DNA from: an uncultured bacterium
GTDB lineage: Bacteria; Bacillota; Negativicutes; Acidaminococcales; Acidaminococcaceae
DNA: 64,000 nt
Direction of reading: 5' to 3'
Assembly (NCBI GenBank): GCA_905215645.1
Contig: CAJMQS010000002.1
Coordinates: 65,186 to 129,185, forward strand
Shown here: positions 1 through 12,615 of the stretch, piece by piece
Layout of the letters: each line of letters opens with the position of its first letter
Position numbering within the stretch: position 1 is the stretch's first letter
Made by a program: the position numbers and the translations under genes
Notes under the pieces: model-generated
Told to the model about the DNA's origin: nothing
The model's database searches: none
Seen by the model: the letters and a program-made list of their open reading frames with translations, nothing else

Positions 1-119
1 TCCCATGGAAACAGCTCCTTCACAGCAAACTAACATACATAGTATACAGATTATTATACCCTATCCAGATGAAAATTTGTAGAAAAAAGGGGCTGCTGCC
101 TACGCAACAACCCCTTTTC

Positions 120-1871
120 TCATCTTTTCTGCACATCCACGGTAATATTGCTTTCCCCCGTGATGATGAAATCCAAGGGGAATTTTTGTTTGTATTTGCT
201 GCCCTTCAGCAGACCGGTGAGGGCACTGCCCATGCTGCTTCCGCTGCCTGCAGCAGAACGGGCAGCCGCCCGGCGGCTGGGCCGTTCATCTCCATAGGTG
301 GGCATCAGATCCACCACCACTTCGTTATTGGCATCCATATCGTTGAATTCCGTGAGGAAATCCTTGAACTGCCGCTGGGAAGACTGGAACATGGCAGTTT
401 CGTCCTCGCCACTGCCGTCTCCCCCATCCTGTACCCCGTTCCGGCTGTTTTTCTTGGACAGGGCCTTGGTGATCCAAGCCGTAGCATTGCCGCTGCGGAC
501 GATCAAGTTCATGGGGCCGGCCGGCTGTTTATCCGGGATCTTGAAATTGACGGTCCGGGTGATCTCTTCCGACCGATAGGGTTTGAAAGTCAGGGTAATG
601 GGCAGAATCCCCCCCTGTACAGCTGTGGCCGGCGCGGTTGCTCCCAGCATCTCCGCCACTTCACAGCCGGAAGTAGTCTCCACATCCACATTGATGTCCT
701 GGATGGTCACTTTGTCGAACCGGTTGTTCATGAGCATGTCCGTAGCCACATTCAGTTCCGAATCTGTCAATTTCCCGATATCCGTGGCACTGTAGAATAT
801 GTTTTCCCGGCGCAGACGGATGGGACCTTCCTTTTCGCCTTCCGCGGTAATGGTGAACCGGATCCGGGACGTCCCGCCGCCCTTCCGATCCTTGGCCATG
901 CTCACCGTATTGTAAGTGACGCCGTCCACCAAGGTGGGCACCAAGTCCTCATCGGTGATCAGCTGGACATTGCTGCTCTTATGCAGTCCCCGGTCCTTGT
1001 CCGTCACTGAAACGTACATAGGGATGATGGGCGCGTTTTCACCCTCTTTTCCGGCAATGCCGCTGAGCCGGTCCTGACTGATCCGTCCCAGGGTCTTCCC
1101 CAGGGTCCCCACTTTAAAAGCGCTCTGGATATTGGGAACGGAGGCAAAGATCCAGGCATTGGTCATGAAATAATTGGAATCCCCGTGCTGGAGGAAGGGG
1201 TGCCCGAAGGCCAAGATCCGTCCCTCATCGTCGGTCCAGGTCACGGTGCCGATGGCCCCGATGACCATATCCCCCCGGACCAGAGAAACCCCCACGGAAC
1301 TGCCCGGCTCCAGCTGGACACGGTCCAGTTCCTCCGTGCCTCCAGGCACCGCATAGGAAGTAAGCCCGAACGGCGAGAGTTCCTCGTTCAGATGGGCCAC
1401 TCCGTCGGCGGTAAAGCCGCTGACCATGAGCGGCGTGCTCTTGGGCAGGAATACGGAAGGCCGGGGATCGGTTTCGTCAAACAGCCGGAGCATTTCGTTG
1501 ATGGGAGTCAGGAAGCAGTAATTGGGATCGGAAAAAGCCTGGCCATAGGCCACGGCTCCGGCCAGCCGGCCGTCGATGTACACCGGACTGCCGCTCATCC
1601 CCTGGGCGATGCCTCCGCTTTCCTTCAGGAGAGGACCGGAAGCTTTGATCAGGATATTGTACCCGCCGGTTTCCGTGCCGGTGACCCCCAGGACTTCCAC
1701 ATCAAAGGTTTCGATATCCGCTCCCCGGATGACTGTCTTCCCATACCCTTTCATCCCCGGTTTCAGTTCTTCTACAGCAATGGTAGGAATGGCTGCTGCC
1801 GCCAGGGAAACCGCAGCCAACAGCCATCCCAGGGTCAGGAACAGGATCCGTTTCCACTTCAAAGAATGCAT
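120..1871 (-). CDS. SpoIVB-like serine peptidase (S55 family), secreted
   Basis: ORF 120..1940. GxSGSP serine-protease motif (GMSGSPVYIDG) and N-terminal signal/TM segment. Start trimmed to MHSLKWK, preceded by AGGAGG RBS. Confidence 0.55.
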   Translation of the reverse strand: MHSLKWKRILFLTLGWLLAAVSLAAAAIPTIAVEELKPGMKGYGKTVIRGADIETFDVEVLGVTGTETGGYNILIKASGPLLKESGGIAQGMSGSPVYIDGRLAGAVAYGQAFSDPNYCFLTPINEMLRLFDETDPRPSVFLPKSTPLMVSGFTADGVAHLNEELSPFGLTSYAVPGGTEELDRVQLEPGSSVGVSLVRGDMVIGAIGTVTWTDDEGRILAFGHPFLQHGDSNYFMTNAWIFASVPNIQSAFKVGTLGKTLGRISQDRLSGIAGKEGENAPIIPMYVSVTDKDRGLHKSSNVQLITDEDLVPTLVDGVTYNTVSMAKDRKGGGTSRIRFTITAEGEKEGPIRLRRENIFYSATDIGKLTDSELNVATDMLMNNRFDKVTIQDINVDVETTSGCEVAEMLGATAPATAVQGGILPITLTFKPYRSEEITRTVNFKIPDKQPAGPMNLIVRSGNATAWITKALSKKNSRNGVQDGGDGSGEDETAMFQSSQRQFKDFLTEFNDMDANNEVVVDLMPTYGDERPSRRAAARSAAGSGSSMGSALTGLLKGSKYKQKFPLDFIITGESNITVDVQKR

Positions 1872-1984
1872 ATGTCCTCCTGTAAAAAAGAGGGTGTGAA
1901 AAGTGTCTTTCACACCCTCTGTCATGGTCAGTTCATCCATGGCCGAAGCCCCAGCTCAGAAGAGCGGCTCGGCCTGCAGCCTCT

Positions 1985-2299
1985 TTAAGGCTGGATCTGA
2001 GCCACCACCTGGTCTGCCGCGATCTGGCTGCCGGGGGAAACCTCCACAGATACCACTTTCCCGCTGCAGTTGGCGCGGGCGGCAGGAGCCGTACCCGTCA
2101 AGGTCTTGACCGTTACCAGGACAGTCCCTTCCGTTACCTGGGCACCCACGGATACCGTGGAAACCACCTGCCCGGAAAGGCTGCTTTTCTGGGGCTGGAC
2201 CCCTGCTGCCTGGGCGACGCCCAAGGCCAGTAAGACCATCAGCAAGGCTGCTGCCCATATTTTTCTGTTTTTGAGGATTTTGTGTAACATGATCAGCAC
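1985..2299 (-). CDS. small exported protein with lipoyl/hybrid-barrel-like C-terminal motif
   Basis: 104-aa ORF with signal peptide. RBS AAAGAGGTG upstream. No confident family assignment. Confidence 0.4.
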   Translation of the reverse strand: MLIMLHKILKNRKIWAAALLMVLLALGVAQAAGVQPQKSSLSGQVVSTVSVGAQVTEGTVLVTVKTLTGTAPAARANCSGKVVSVEVSPGSQIAADQVVAQIQP

Positions 2300-2354
2300 C
2301 TCTTTTCTTTCGTTTGTTTATTATATACCGAAGAGGAGGGGAGATGCAAGTGGG

Positions 2355-2378
2355 CTGTTGACAGCTGGCCGCTGACAA
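2355..2378. repeat. dispersed short repeat copy A (CTGTTGACAGCTGGCCGCTGACAA)
   Basis: Reverse complement TTGTCAGCGGCCAGCTGTCAACAG matches the copy at 19269-19292 in 22 of 24 positions. Confidence 0.6.
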
Positions 2379-2380
2379 TT

Positions 2381-3814
2381 TTACTTCCTGAACACTCCCA
2401 ATGCCACCCGTACGGGACGCTCGCTGCCGTCGCTGGGATCATTCATAATCTTTCCGTTGACCACCATCTCGCTGGATCCGCCGCCATCGAAGTTCATGGC
2501 CCGATCGGCCCCCAGCTGGACGAAATACCGGCCCAGTTCCGTCAGTGTCATCCCAGCGCTGCTGCGGGACCGTCCGTCTGCCACCACGATCAGCACCGTG
2601 CCGTCTTTCTTGATGCCCACGCCGGTCCGGGGAGCCCGTCCCTGGGCAATGTCCGGGGCAATCTCTTCCGCACTGCTGGTGACTTGGACCTGTCCATCCC
2701 GCACCAGCTGAGGTCCTGCCGATCCTACCGAAGCAGCCCTGTCTGCTTCCGGATTGCCCAGGGTCTGGATCAGGCGAACTTTATCTCCTTTGCGCAGCCC
2801 GTTCAGGAAAGCGGCAGCTGCTCCGTTCCCGGAGAGCACTGTACTGCCGGCCGTCAGGGGCATGCCTCCTGCGCCTTTCCGTATTTCCCGGACCACCCCG
2901 TCTTCCAACCGCACTTCCGTGCCATAGGCGTTGGTATCCGTGGTGTCGTCATAGCCGTCATTGTACAGGATCAATTCATCGGCCAGCCGCATCCGGTCCA
3001 CCCCACCGATGGAATAGCTCCTGCCGTCCGGCCGGGTCACCATCCCTTGATAGGAAAGTCCGGACTGGATGGAAGGAACGCCTCCGGCTGGCAGCACCAG
3101 TCCAGTCCGGGGCGTAGTCTCCATCCCCAGCCACCGGTCCTGGATCTTCAGGTTCCCCACCACCCAGATGTCGCTGTCGAAATAGGAGGCATTCACCAGG
3201 GCCACGGCTCCGGACCGTTTCTGGATCATGGACAGGGTCCCTTTCTGGATGGTCCTGCCGTATCCGGGGATGAAGTCCAGCCGGAAATCGCTGTTGGGAG
3301 CCAAGGTCAGCAGATAAGTCTTGACCCGTCCGGCCCCCAGATCCACAGAACTTTCCCGATAGGTAAGGCCCTTCCCCAACCACTGGGACCGGCTGGCCGC
3401 CGGTCTGGCCTTCCCGCCGGAGGTACTTCCGGAACGGGGAAAATCCACCACCAGCCGCTGGGGATTCTTCAGCAGGAAGATTTTATAGACCGGGACGGTT
3501 TTCCGGAATACGATCACCAGCCGGCTGTTTTTCCCCTGGGGTTCCAAATAGGCTTTCTGGATCCGGGGATCCCGCAGCCGTACCATCTCCGTCCGGTCCG
3601 CCCGGGCCTTTAATTCGATGATCAGCTGATTTCCGGTCACCCGGGAAGTATAAGAAAGCGGCGTATCCAGGTCCATGACCACCCGGGCCCGGTTAGGTGT
3701 GACCCCGCCCCGGAGGGTGCTGACCTTGGCCGCCTGGGCTGCCGGCAGGGAAGCCGTCAGCAGCAGGCCTGCCAGAACGAATCTTGCCATCCATTGTCTG
3801 TAACTATGGTCCAT
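2381..3814 (-). CDS. AMIN-domain protein with phosphodiester-glycosidase (NAGPA-like) domain
   Basis: Signal peptide, N-terminal AMIN-like beta region, C-terminal DUF2233/phosphodiester glycosidase-like region ending in the GGGSS motif. Start uncertain (M1 or M9). Confidence 0.5.
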   Translation of the reverse strand: MDHSYRQWMARFVLAGLLLTASLPAAQAAKVSTLRGGVTPNRARVVMDLDTPLSYTSRVTGNQLIIELKARADRTEMVRLRDPRIQKAYLEPQGKNSRLVIVFRKTVPVYKIFLLKNPQRLVVDFPRSGSTSGGKARPAASRSQWLGKGLTYRESSVDLGAGRVKTYLLTLAPNSDFRLDFIPGYGRTIQKGTLSMIQKRSGAVALVNASYFDSDIWVVGNLKIQDRWLGMETTPRTGLVLPAGGVPSIQSGLSYQGMVTRPDGRSYSIGGVDRMRLADELILYNDGYDDTTDTNAYGTEVRLEDGVVREIRKGAGGMPLTAGSTVLSGNGAAAAFLNGLRKGDKVRLIQTLGNPEADRAASVGSAGPQLVRDGQVQVTSSAEEIAPDIAQGRAPRTGVGIKKDGTVLIVVADGRSRSSAGMTLTELGRYFVQLGADRAMNFDGGGSSEMVVNGKIMNDPSDGSERPVRVALGVFRK

Positions 3815-3870
3815 TGTCGTCTATCGCGTTCCTTTCGTGAAAAGAGGGGTGTTGCCCAGGCAACACCCCC

Positions 3871-4902
3871 TTATTTTCCTTCCAAAATTTCCAGCAGTGC
3901 AGAATCATCCAAAGCCATTCCAGCTCCCCGAGCCACACATTCCCGGGGATTGGCCGCCACCCGGGTCCGTACATGGGTCCCGGCTTCGATGCATTCATCC
4001 ATGCCTTCCAGGAGGGCTCCGCCTCCAGTAAGGACGATCCCTGTTTCCAAAAGATCTGCGGCCAATTCCGGCGGTGTCTTCTCCAAGACGCTGTGGATGC
4101 AGGTCAAGATGGGACCGATGGGCTCTCCCAGGCCTCGTACCGTATCTTGAGAGGAAAGGCGCAGGGAAGTAGGCAATCCTGTGATGTTGTCCCTGCCATG
4201 GATGATCTTGGTGCCCCGGCGGCCCCGGCGGCTGATCGTTCCGATATCCAGCTTGATTTCTTCCGCCAGCGGCCCTTCGATCTGGATATTTAGCATATCC
4301 CGCAGATGACGGATCAGTCCCTCATTGAAGGCTTCTCCCCCCATCCTGAGAGAAGCCGCCTGGATGATCCGCCCCATACTCAGCACCGCCGCACTGGTGG
4401 TGCCGCTCCCGATATCCACCACCATCCGTCCCTTGGGTTCCTGGATGGGCAGCCCGGCACCCAGTGCCGCTGCCAGAGGGCCTTCGATCAGATAGGTCTT
4501 GGCGGCTCCGGCCAGGAGCGCCGCTTCAGTCACGGCCCGCCGTTCCACCCCGGTAACCCCGGTAGGGACACAGACCATGACCCGGGGCTTGAAAAATAGA
4601 TTCCGCCCCACCACTCGGTCCAGCACGGTTTCCAGGAGCCCTACCGACGCATCGAAATCAGCGATAACCCCATTTTCTAAGGGCCAGACCACTTCCCACT
4701 GGCCTTTCCCCGCCATTTCCCGGGCTTTGGAACCGATGGCCGCCGTCTTGCCTGTAACAGGATCCAAAGCCACGACAGAGGGCTCTTCCAAAACAATGCC
4801 TCGGTTCTTCATGAAGACCCGTGTAGAGGCAGTCCCCAGATCGATGCCCACATCCACCGGATTGAACAGCCGGGAAAACAAACTTTTTTCCGTATGTCTC
4901 AT
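3871..4902 (-). CDS. mbl: MreB/Mbl rod-shape-determining actin homologue
   Basis: Actin-fold motifs (DLGTA, GGGALL). Sits downstream of the atp operon and murA, as mbl does in Bacillus. Confidence 0.85.
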   Translation of the reverse strand: MRHTEKSLFSRLFNPVDVGIDLGTASTRVFMKNRGIVLEEPSVVALDPVTGKTAAIGSKAREMAGKGQWEVVWPLENGVIADFDASVGLLETVLDRVVGRNLFFKPRVMVCVPTGVTGVERRAVTEAALLAGAAKTYLIEGPLAAALGAGLPIQEPKGRMVVDIGSGTTSAAVLSMGRIIQAASLRMGGEAFNEGLIRHLRDMLNIQIEGPLAEEIKLDIGTISRRGRRGTKIIHGRDNITGLPTSLRLSSQDTVRGLGEPIGPILTCIHSVLEKTPPELAADLLETGIVLTGGGALLEGMDECIEAGTHVRTRVAANPRECVARGAGMALDDSALLEILEGK

Positions 4903-4908
4903 GGCATA

Positions 4909-6180
4909 TCAGCCAACCCGCTGGATGTCGGCTCCCAGTCCGGTCAGCTTGGCGACCAGATTCTCGTAACCCCGATCGATATGATAGATATCGGTGATTT
5001 CCGTTACGCCGTCAGCCACCAGCCCGGCCAGCACCATGGCTGCCCCAGCCCGCAGGTCCGTGGCCCGGACCTGGCAGCCGTACAGTTTGGGCACCCCTTC
5101 CACAATGGCTGCCCGCCCGCCGCTGGTCCGGATATTGGCTCCCATCCGGAGCAGTTCATCCACATGCATGAAGCGGTTCTCAAAAACAGTCTCCAAGACG
5201 GAACTCTGACCTTTAGCGATGCACATCATCGCCATGACCTGGGCCTGCATATCTGTGGGGAAGCCTGGATAGGGCAGGGTCTTGATGGTGATGGCCTGGA
5301 GCTCTTTAGGCCCCACCACATGGACGCTGCTGATGTCTTCTTCTACAACGGCCCCGGCTTCCCGGAGTTTGGCAATGAGAGGCTTCATGTGTTCGCAGAG
5401 CACATTATCCACCAGGATATCCCCCTGGGTCATAGCACCCGCCACCATGAAGGTCCCTGCTTCGATCCGGTCAGGGATCACTGTATGTTCCCCGCCTTTC
5501 ATGCTTTCCACTCCATCAATCCGGATGGCCGTCGTCCCGGCTCCCCGGACCTTGCCCCCCATCACATTGATGTAGTTGGCCAGGTCTACGATTTCTGGTT
5601 CCTGGGCTGCATTTTCAATGATGGTGGTCCCCTTGGCCATGGAGGCGGCCATCATCAGGTTTTCCGTGGCTCCCACGCTGGGGAAATCCAGATAAATGGT
5701 GGTGCCCACCAGCCCATGAGGTGCAAAAGCCTCGATATACCCATGGCCCTGTTCGATCTTCGCTCCCAAGGCCTCGAAGCCTTTCAGATGGATATCGATG
5801 GGCCGGGTCCCGATGGCACAGCCTCCCGGTTGGGAGATTTTGGCCCGTCCAATCCGCGCCAGGAGGGAGCCCATGACCAGGAAAGAAGCACGCATGGTGC
5901 TCACCAGATCATAGGGAGCTTCCCATCCGGTGATCCGCCGGCTGTCGATTTTCAACGCATGGGGGGTGGAATGATCCACTTTCAGCCCCAAGCATTCCAG
6001 TACCTTGCAGATGGTGCTGACATCTTCCAATTCAGGGACTTCCAAAATCGTGCTGCCTTCCGTCCCCAGGACAGAAGCTGCAATGATGGGCAATACCGCA
6101 TTTTTGGCACCGCTGACCCGTACCGTGCCCTTCAGGTGATGACCACCCTTTACCACCAGTTTCTCCACTCCTGATTCCAC
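4909..6180 (-). CDS. murA: UDP-N-acetylglucosamine 1-carboxyvinyltransferase
   Basis: Full-length MurA similarity (KLVVKGG..., catalytic Cys region). The ORF-track start at 6255 is a GTG with no RBS. The true start is probably GTG near 6168-6180, after AGGAAAGG. Confidence 0.85.
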   Translation of the reverse strand: MESGVEKLVVKGGHHLKGTVRVSGAKNAVLPIIAASVLGTEGSTILEVPELEDVSTICKVLECLGLKVDHSTPHALKIDSRRITGWEAPYDLVSTMRASFLVMGSLLARIGRAKISQPGGCAIGTRPIDIHLKGFEALGAKIEQGHGYIEAFAPHGLVGTTIYLDFPSVGATENLMMAASMAKGTTIIENAAQEPEIVDLANYINVMGGKVRGAGTTAIRIDGVESMKGGEHTVIPDRIEAGTFMVAGAMTQGDILVDNVLCEHMKPLIAKLREAGAVVEEDISSVHVVGPKELQAITIKTLPYPGFPTDMQAQVMAMMCIAKGQSSVLETVFENRFMHVDELLRMGANIRTSGGRAAIVEGVPKLYGCQVRATDLRAGAAMVLAGLVADGVTEITDIYHIDRGYENLVAKLTGLGADIQRVG

Positions 6181-6230
6181 ACCTTTCCTTGCTGGAAGAG
6201 GAGCACTGCTCCTCTTTTTCTCTTCTGTAA

Positions 6231-6671
6231 TCATTGATGATAGCGAATGCCCCACAGCTTGGCATGCCGTTTTTGCTGGTTGCTCAGCTGTTCATCCAGG
6301 TGCAGGCGCATTTCCTTCTGTTCTTTTTCCCGCAGGCTCTTTTTCCTGGCAGCTTCCGCCGGGTCTTCCAGAGCTTGTTTTCTCTTTTTTTCTTCCCAAT
6401 GCTGTTTTTCCCGTTCCGCCTTTTCCCTGCGTTTCCGGGAAATTTCTCTGGCCCTCGCCTCTGCCTGCTGCCGGGGGGTCAGCTGATGCTGATACAGGAA
6501 CTGTGCGCGCCTGATCAGGTACAGCGGGACCACCAGGGGCATGAGCAGAAACGTCCCCAGGACCCAGAGATTCTTGTGTTTCATCCCAATGCTGTGGCTG
6601 TCCAGGAAAACCACCCAGGTCACCAGACAGCAGACCACCAAAGCAATCACATTGGACAAGCCGTACGGCAC
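6231..6671 (-). CDS. hypothetical membrane protein with Lys/Glu-rich coiled-coil tail
   Basis: 146-aa ORF with two TM segments then a [11 protein letters not shown]...-rich tail. Weak RBS. Sits between atpC and murA. Confidence 0.4.
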   Translation of the reverse strand: MPYGLSNVIALVVCCLVTWVVFLDSHSIGMKHKNLWVLGTFLLMPLVVPLYLIRRAQFLYQHQLTPRQQAEARAREISRKRREKAEREKQHWEEKKRKQALEDPAEAARKKSLREKEQKEMRLHLDEQLSNQQKRHAKLWGIRYHQ

Positions 6672-6770
6672 CCCCCTTAATGTCTACGGAACTTCCCACT
6701 TCCAACTTCTCTGTCCATTTTTATAACTAGATTATTATACCATAGAACATTCTGTTTTCCATAGAGGGAA

Positions 6771-6800
6771 ATAAAAAAAGGAACCGCCCGGGCGGTTCCT
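6771..6800 (-). terminator. rho-independent terminator after the atp operon and small ORF
   Basis: Perfect stem GGAACCGCC-CGG-GCGGTTCC, followed on the minus strand by a T7 run. Confidence 0.8.
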
Positions 6801-6803
6801 CCT

Positions 6804-6995
6804 TCAAAAATTCCTCGTATGGGTCCGCAGACGGTCCGCCAGGATATTGTAGTATACTTCCTTTTCCTGAATGGTCTTCCGAAGCTTACGGATCTGTTCT
6901 TCATTGGTGGCTTCTGCCAGCCGCTCGTTGAGTTCGACCAGTTCCAGCCGCAGCTGTCCCATCTTACTGGCAGCCATTTTGCTGATAAAGTCCAC
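6804..6995 (-). CDS. small hypothetical protein downstream of atpC
   Basis: ORF 6804..7022. Best start is GTG at 6995 after GAGGGGGGA with 6-nt spacing. Predicted coiled coil. Confidence 0.35.
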   Translation of the reverse strand: MDFISKMAASKMGQLRLELVELNERLAEATNEEQIRKLRKTIQEKEVYYNILADRLRTHTRNF

Positions 6996-7042
6996 AGCGG
7001 ATCCCCCCTCTGCCTGCTGCAATGACCTTCTGTCCTACCGGA

Positions 7043-7483
7043 CTACTCCCCCACCGGATAAGGCGGCACCTTACCCACCAGAGACGCGGTCTTCAGCCGC
7101 GCTTCCGCCCTGCGCAGGATTTTTTCAGTATGTTCCACGTCCGTCAGGGCATCCGGATGCTCCAGTCTGGCCAATGCTTCCTGCCGGATCTGCTGGTATT
7201 TGGCCACATCGATGTTCTCTGCTTTCTGGGCCCTGGGTGTCAGGATGACCACCTGGTTGTCCTTGACCTCCGCAAATCCCCCTTCTACGTAGACCAGGAT
7301 CACCTGATTGTCCTTATCCTGCAGCTTCAGGGTCCCTTCCCCCAGCACAGCGATCATCGGGCTGTGGTTGGCTAAGATCCCAACGCCCCCATTTACTGTA
7401 TTCAACAAGACATAGGAAATATCCTCCCTCTTGACCAAAAGTTTTTCAGGTGTGAGGACTTCCAATTTCATTAATCTGGCCAT
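7043..7483 (-). CDS. atpC: F-type ATP synthase subunit epsilon
   Basis: MARLMKLEVLTPEK... typical epsilon N-terminus. Operon position. Confidence 0.9.
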   Translation of the reverse strand: MARLMKLEVLTPEKLLVKREDISYVLLNTVNGGVGILANHSPMIAVLGEGTLKLQDKDNQVILVYVEGGFAEVKDNQVVILTPRAQKAENIDVAKYQQIRQEALARLEHPDALTDVEHTEKILRRAEARLKTASLVGKVPPYPVGE

Positions 7484-7484
7484 A

Positions 7485-9883
<2,399 letters not shown>

Positions 9884-9899
9884 CCAGGATCACCTGCCC

Positions 9900-11756
9900 T
9901 TACATGCCGCCTGCAGTGCCAGGCGCAAACATCTTCCCGAAATCATCCAGGGCCTCATCCAGTTCCTCTTTCAGGTCATCAGTCAGTTTCTGTTCTTTTT
10001 CCAGCCGAGTCAGGATGATGGAACAGTGGTTGTTCAGATACCCCAGCATTTCATGCTCATATCGGGTCACGTCTTCCACTGGGATTTCATCCAGGAACCC
10101 ATTGTTCACGGCATAAAGGGAAACCACTTCCTGGGCCATGGAAAGAGGCTGGTACTGCCCCTGTTTCAGCATTTCTGTCACCCGGGCCCCAAGGTCCAGC
10201 TGGGCCTTGGTCTCCCGGTCCAGATCCGAACCGAACTGGGCAAAAGCAGCCAGTTCCCGGTATTGGGCCAGGGACAGACGCAGGGTGCCAGCCACCGTCT
10301 TCATGGCCTTGGTCTGGGCCGCGCCCCCTACCCGGGATACGGAGAGCCCGGAGTTCAGGGCCGGACGGATACCGGAGTTGAACAGGTCGGTTTCCAGATA
10401 GATCTGGCCATCGGTGATGGAAATCACGTTGGTAGGGATGTAGCCGCTCACATCCCCGGCCTGGGTCTCGATGATGGGCAGGGCTGTCATGGAACCGCCG
10501 CCATGGCGTTCGTTCCGGCGGCAGGCTCGCTCCAGCAGACGGGAATGGAGATAGAATACGTCCCCGGGATAAGCTTCCCGTCCAGGGGGACGGCGGAGCA
10601 GCAGACTCATGGCACGATAGGCCACCGCATGCTTGCTCAAGTCATCATAGACAATCAGCACATCTTTGCCCTGATCCATGAAATATTCCCCCACCGCAGC
10701 CCCGGCATAAGGAGCCAGGTACTGCATGGGAGCCGTATCAGCAGCCGTCGCCGCCACGATCATGGTATAGGCGCTGGCGCCGTATTGTTCAAAAGTATGA
10801 TACAGCCGGGCCACGGAAGAAGCCTTCTGTCCGATGGCCACATAGATGCAGATTACATCCTTGCCCTTCTGGTTCAGGATGGTATCGACGGCAATGGCGG
10901 TTTTCCCAGTCCCCCGGTCCCCGATGATCAGTTCCCGCTGGCCACGGCCGATGGGCACCAGGGCATCTACAGCCTTGAGCCCGGTCTGGAGAGGGACATC
11001 TACCGGCTGGCGGGCGGCAATCCCCGGAGCCTGGTGTTCGATGGGGTACTTGACCTGGGTCTTAATGGCCCCTTTGCCGTCCAGGGGCAGTCCCAGCGGG
11101 CTGACGATCCGGCCCAGCATGGCATCTCCCACAGGAATTTCCATGATTTCGCCAGTCCGGCGCACCATGTCGCCTTCCTTGATTTCCGTGGCGCCGCCCA
11201 GCAGCACGATGCCTACTTCATTTTCCCGAAGGTTCTGGACCATGCCATAGACGCCGTCATGGAGAGCCACCAGTTCACCGCTCATGGCGCCGCCCAGGCC
11301 GGAAGCGGTACAGATCCCGTCTCCGACCTTTTCCACCACACCGATTTCTTCCAGGTCCACGTCATTGTGGAAAGACTTGACCCCCTGGGCCAAGGCATCG
11401 GTCATTTTTTCCGTCTGGTCCAGATCCTGGTCACTCAGATGGATGGCCTTCATGATGGCGTCCATCTTCTCCAATTGGCGTTTCATGGTGGCATCAAAAA
11501 TGTGGTCTCCGTACTGGATCAGTACGCCTCCGACCACTTTGGAATCCACCTTTTGTTCCTGCAGTTCCACAGGTTTATGGAATTTCTCTGTCAGCAGTTC
11601 CTGCAGCAGCCCTGCCTCTTCCGTTGTGAGAGGACGGGCCGTGGTGACCGTCACCGGCAGGAGGTCCACCCCTTCAAAAAGGGTCTGGTCCTCCTGGGTC
11701 AGGGTCAGGCGATCCAGGATCTGTTTCCACAGAGCTTCCTTGCTTTTGCTGTTCAT
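9900..11756 (-). CDS. atpA: F-type ATP synthase alpha subunit, with the delta (OSCP) C-terminal domain fused in frame at its N-terminus
   Basis: 618-aa continuous ORF. Residues ~30-105 match the delta C-terminal domain (VTVTTARPL...[25 protein letters not shown]). The remainder is a complete alpha (P-loop GDRGTGKT). No stop codon lies between them. Confidence 0.8.
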   Translation of the reverse strand: MNSKSKEALWKQILDRLTLTQEDQTLFEGVDLLPVTVTTARPLTTEEAGLLQELLTEKFHKPVELQEQKVDSKVVGGVLIQYGDHIFDATMKRQLEKMDAIMKAIHLSDQDLDQTEKMTDALAQGVKSFHNDVDLEEIGVVEKVGDGICTASGLGGAMSGELVALHDGVYGMVQNLRENEVGIVLLGGATEIKEGDMVRRTGEIMEIPVGDAMLGRIVSPLGLPLDGKGAIKTQVKYPIEHQAPGIAARQPVDVPLQTGLKAVDALVPIGRGQRELIIGDRGTGKTAIAVDTILNQKGKDVICIYVAIGQKASSVARLYHTFEQYGASAYTMIVAATAADTAPMQYLAPYAGAAVGEYFMDQGKDVLIVYDDLSKHAVAYRAMSLLLRRPPGREAYPGDVFYLHSRLLERACRRNERHGGGSMTALPIIETQAGDVSGYIPTNVISITDGQIYLETDLFNSGIRPALNSGLSVSRVGGAAQTKAMKTVAGTLRLSLAQYRELAAFAQFGSDLDRETKAQLDLGARVTEMLKQGQYQPLSMAQEVVSLYAVNNGFLDEIPVEDVTRYEHEMLGYLNNHCSIILTRLEKEQKLTDDLKEELDEALDDFGKMFAPGTAGGM

Positions 11757-11795
11757 GGGTTGTTTCTGCCTCCACAGTTCCTTTCCAGGGACTTC

Positions 11796-12293
11796 TCATT
11801 TTTTCTGTTCGGCCAGGGTTTCATCCGTGATCTTGGCGACCAGTTTCTGGTCTTCCGCCGAATCCAGCTTTTCCTGCAGCACCCGGCCGGCAATTTCCGT
11901 ACTCAGGGCAATGATCTGTTCCCGAACATCCAGCAGGGCTTTTTTCTTTTCCAGCTCCACCGTCTGCCGCCCGGAAGCCAGCAGTTCTTCCCTTTCCTTC
12001 TGGGCGTTGGCCAGGGCTTCATCATGGAGTTCCTGGGCCATGGCATTGGCTTTGGAAATAATGTCGTTGGCTTCCTTTTTGGCATTCTTCAGCTGGGTGA
12101 CATATTCCGCCTTCAGTGCCTCCGCTTCCTTCCTGGCATGGTCCGCCTGGTCCATATCCTTGACGATTTTCGTCCGGCGGTCGTCCATAGCCTTCAGGAG
12201 CGGCTTATAGGCGAATTTGGCCAGCACCCAGAGCAAGATGATGAAATTCACCACCTGCGCAATCAGTGTATAGTTGATACTTACCATTCCCAA
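11796..12293 (-). CDS. atpF: F-type ATP synthase subunit b
   Basis: 165 aa, N-terminal TM helix then long charged helix. Operon position. Confidence 0.85.
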   Translation of the reverse strand: MGMVSINYTLIAQVVNFIILLWVLAKFAYKPLLKAMDDRRTKIVKDMDQADHARKEAEALKAEYVTQLKNAKKEANDIISKANAMAQELHDEALANAQKEREELLASGRQTVELEKKKALLDVREQIIALSTEIAGRVLQEKLDSAEDQKLVAKITDETLAEQKK

Positions 12294-12329
12294 CCACTTC
12301 CTTTCTCCCCAAGTTTCCTCCCCAATCTC

Positions 12330-12587
12330 TTATTTCACAAAGGGATTGGCAAATACCAGTACGATGGCGATGACGGAAGCGATGATGGGGATGGATTCGA
12401 CCAGGCCGATACCGATCAGCATATTGACCTGGAAGCTGCCGGCCTGCTCCGGCTGCCGGGCCATGCATTCCAGAGCCTTGGAAGCCACGGCGGAGTCCCC
12501 TTTGGTAGCTGCCAGAGAAGCACCTACGCCAATTAAAGCGGCTCCCAGAATGGAAGCGACGATGATCAGGGTATTGTTGTCTATCAT
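12330..12587 (-). CDS. atpE: F-type ATP synthase subunit c
   Basis: 85-aa two-helix proteolipid with conserved carboxylate (LVESIPII). Confidence 0.9.
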   Translation of the reverse strand: MIDNNTLIIVASILGAALIGVGASLAATKGDSAVASKALECMARQPEQAGSFQVNMLIGIGLVESIPIIASVIAIVLVFANPFVK

Positions 12588-12615
12588 TTTTTACATCCTT
12601 TCTTTTTCCAGACTT

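Noticed and set aside
69-1010. 313-aa plus-strand ORF
   Set aside because: Lies entirely antisense to the SpoIVB-like peptidase gene. No RBS and no recognisable domains. Typical high-GC antisense artefact.
6677-6904. 75-aa minus-strand ORF between the atp operon and murA
   Set aside because: Overlaps the strong terminator hairpin and a better-supported small gene at 6804-6995. Arg/Lys-rich junk translation.
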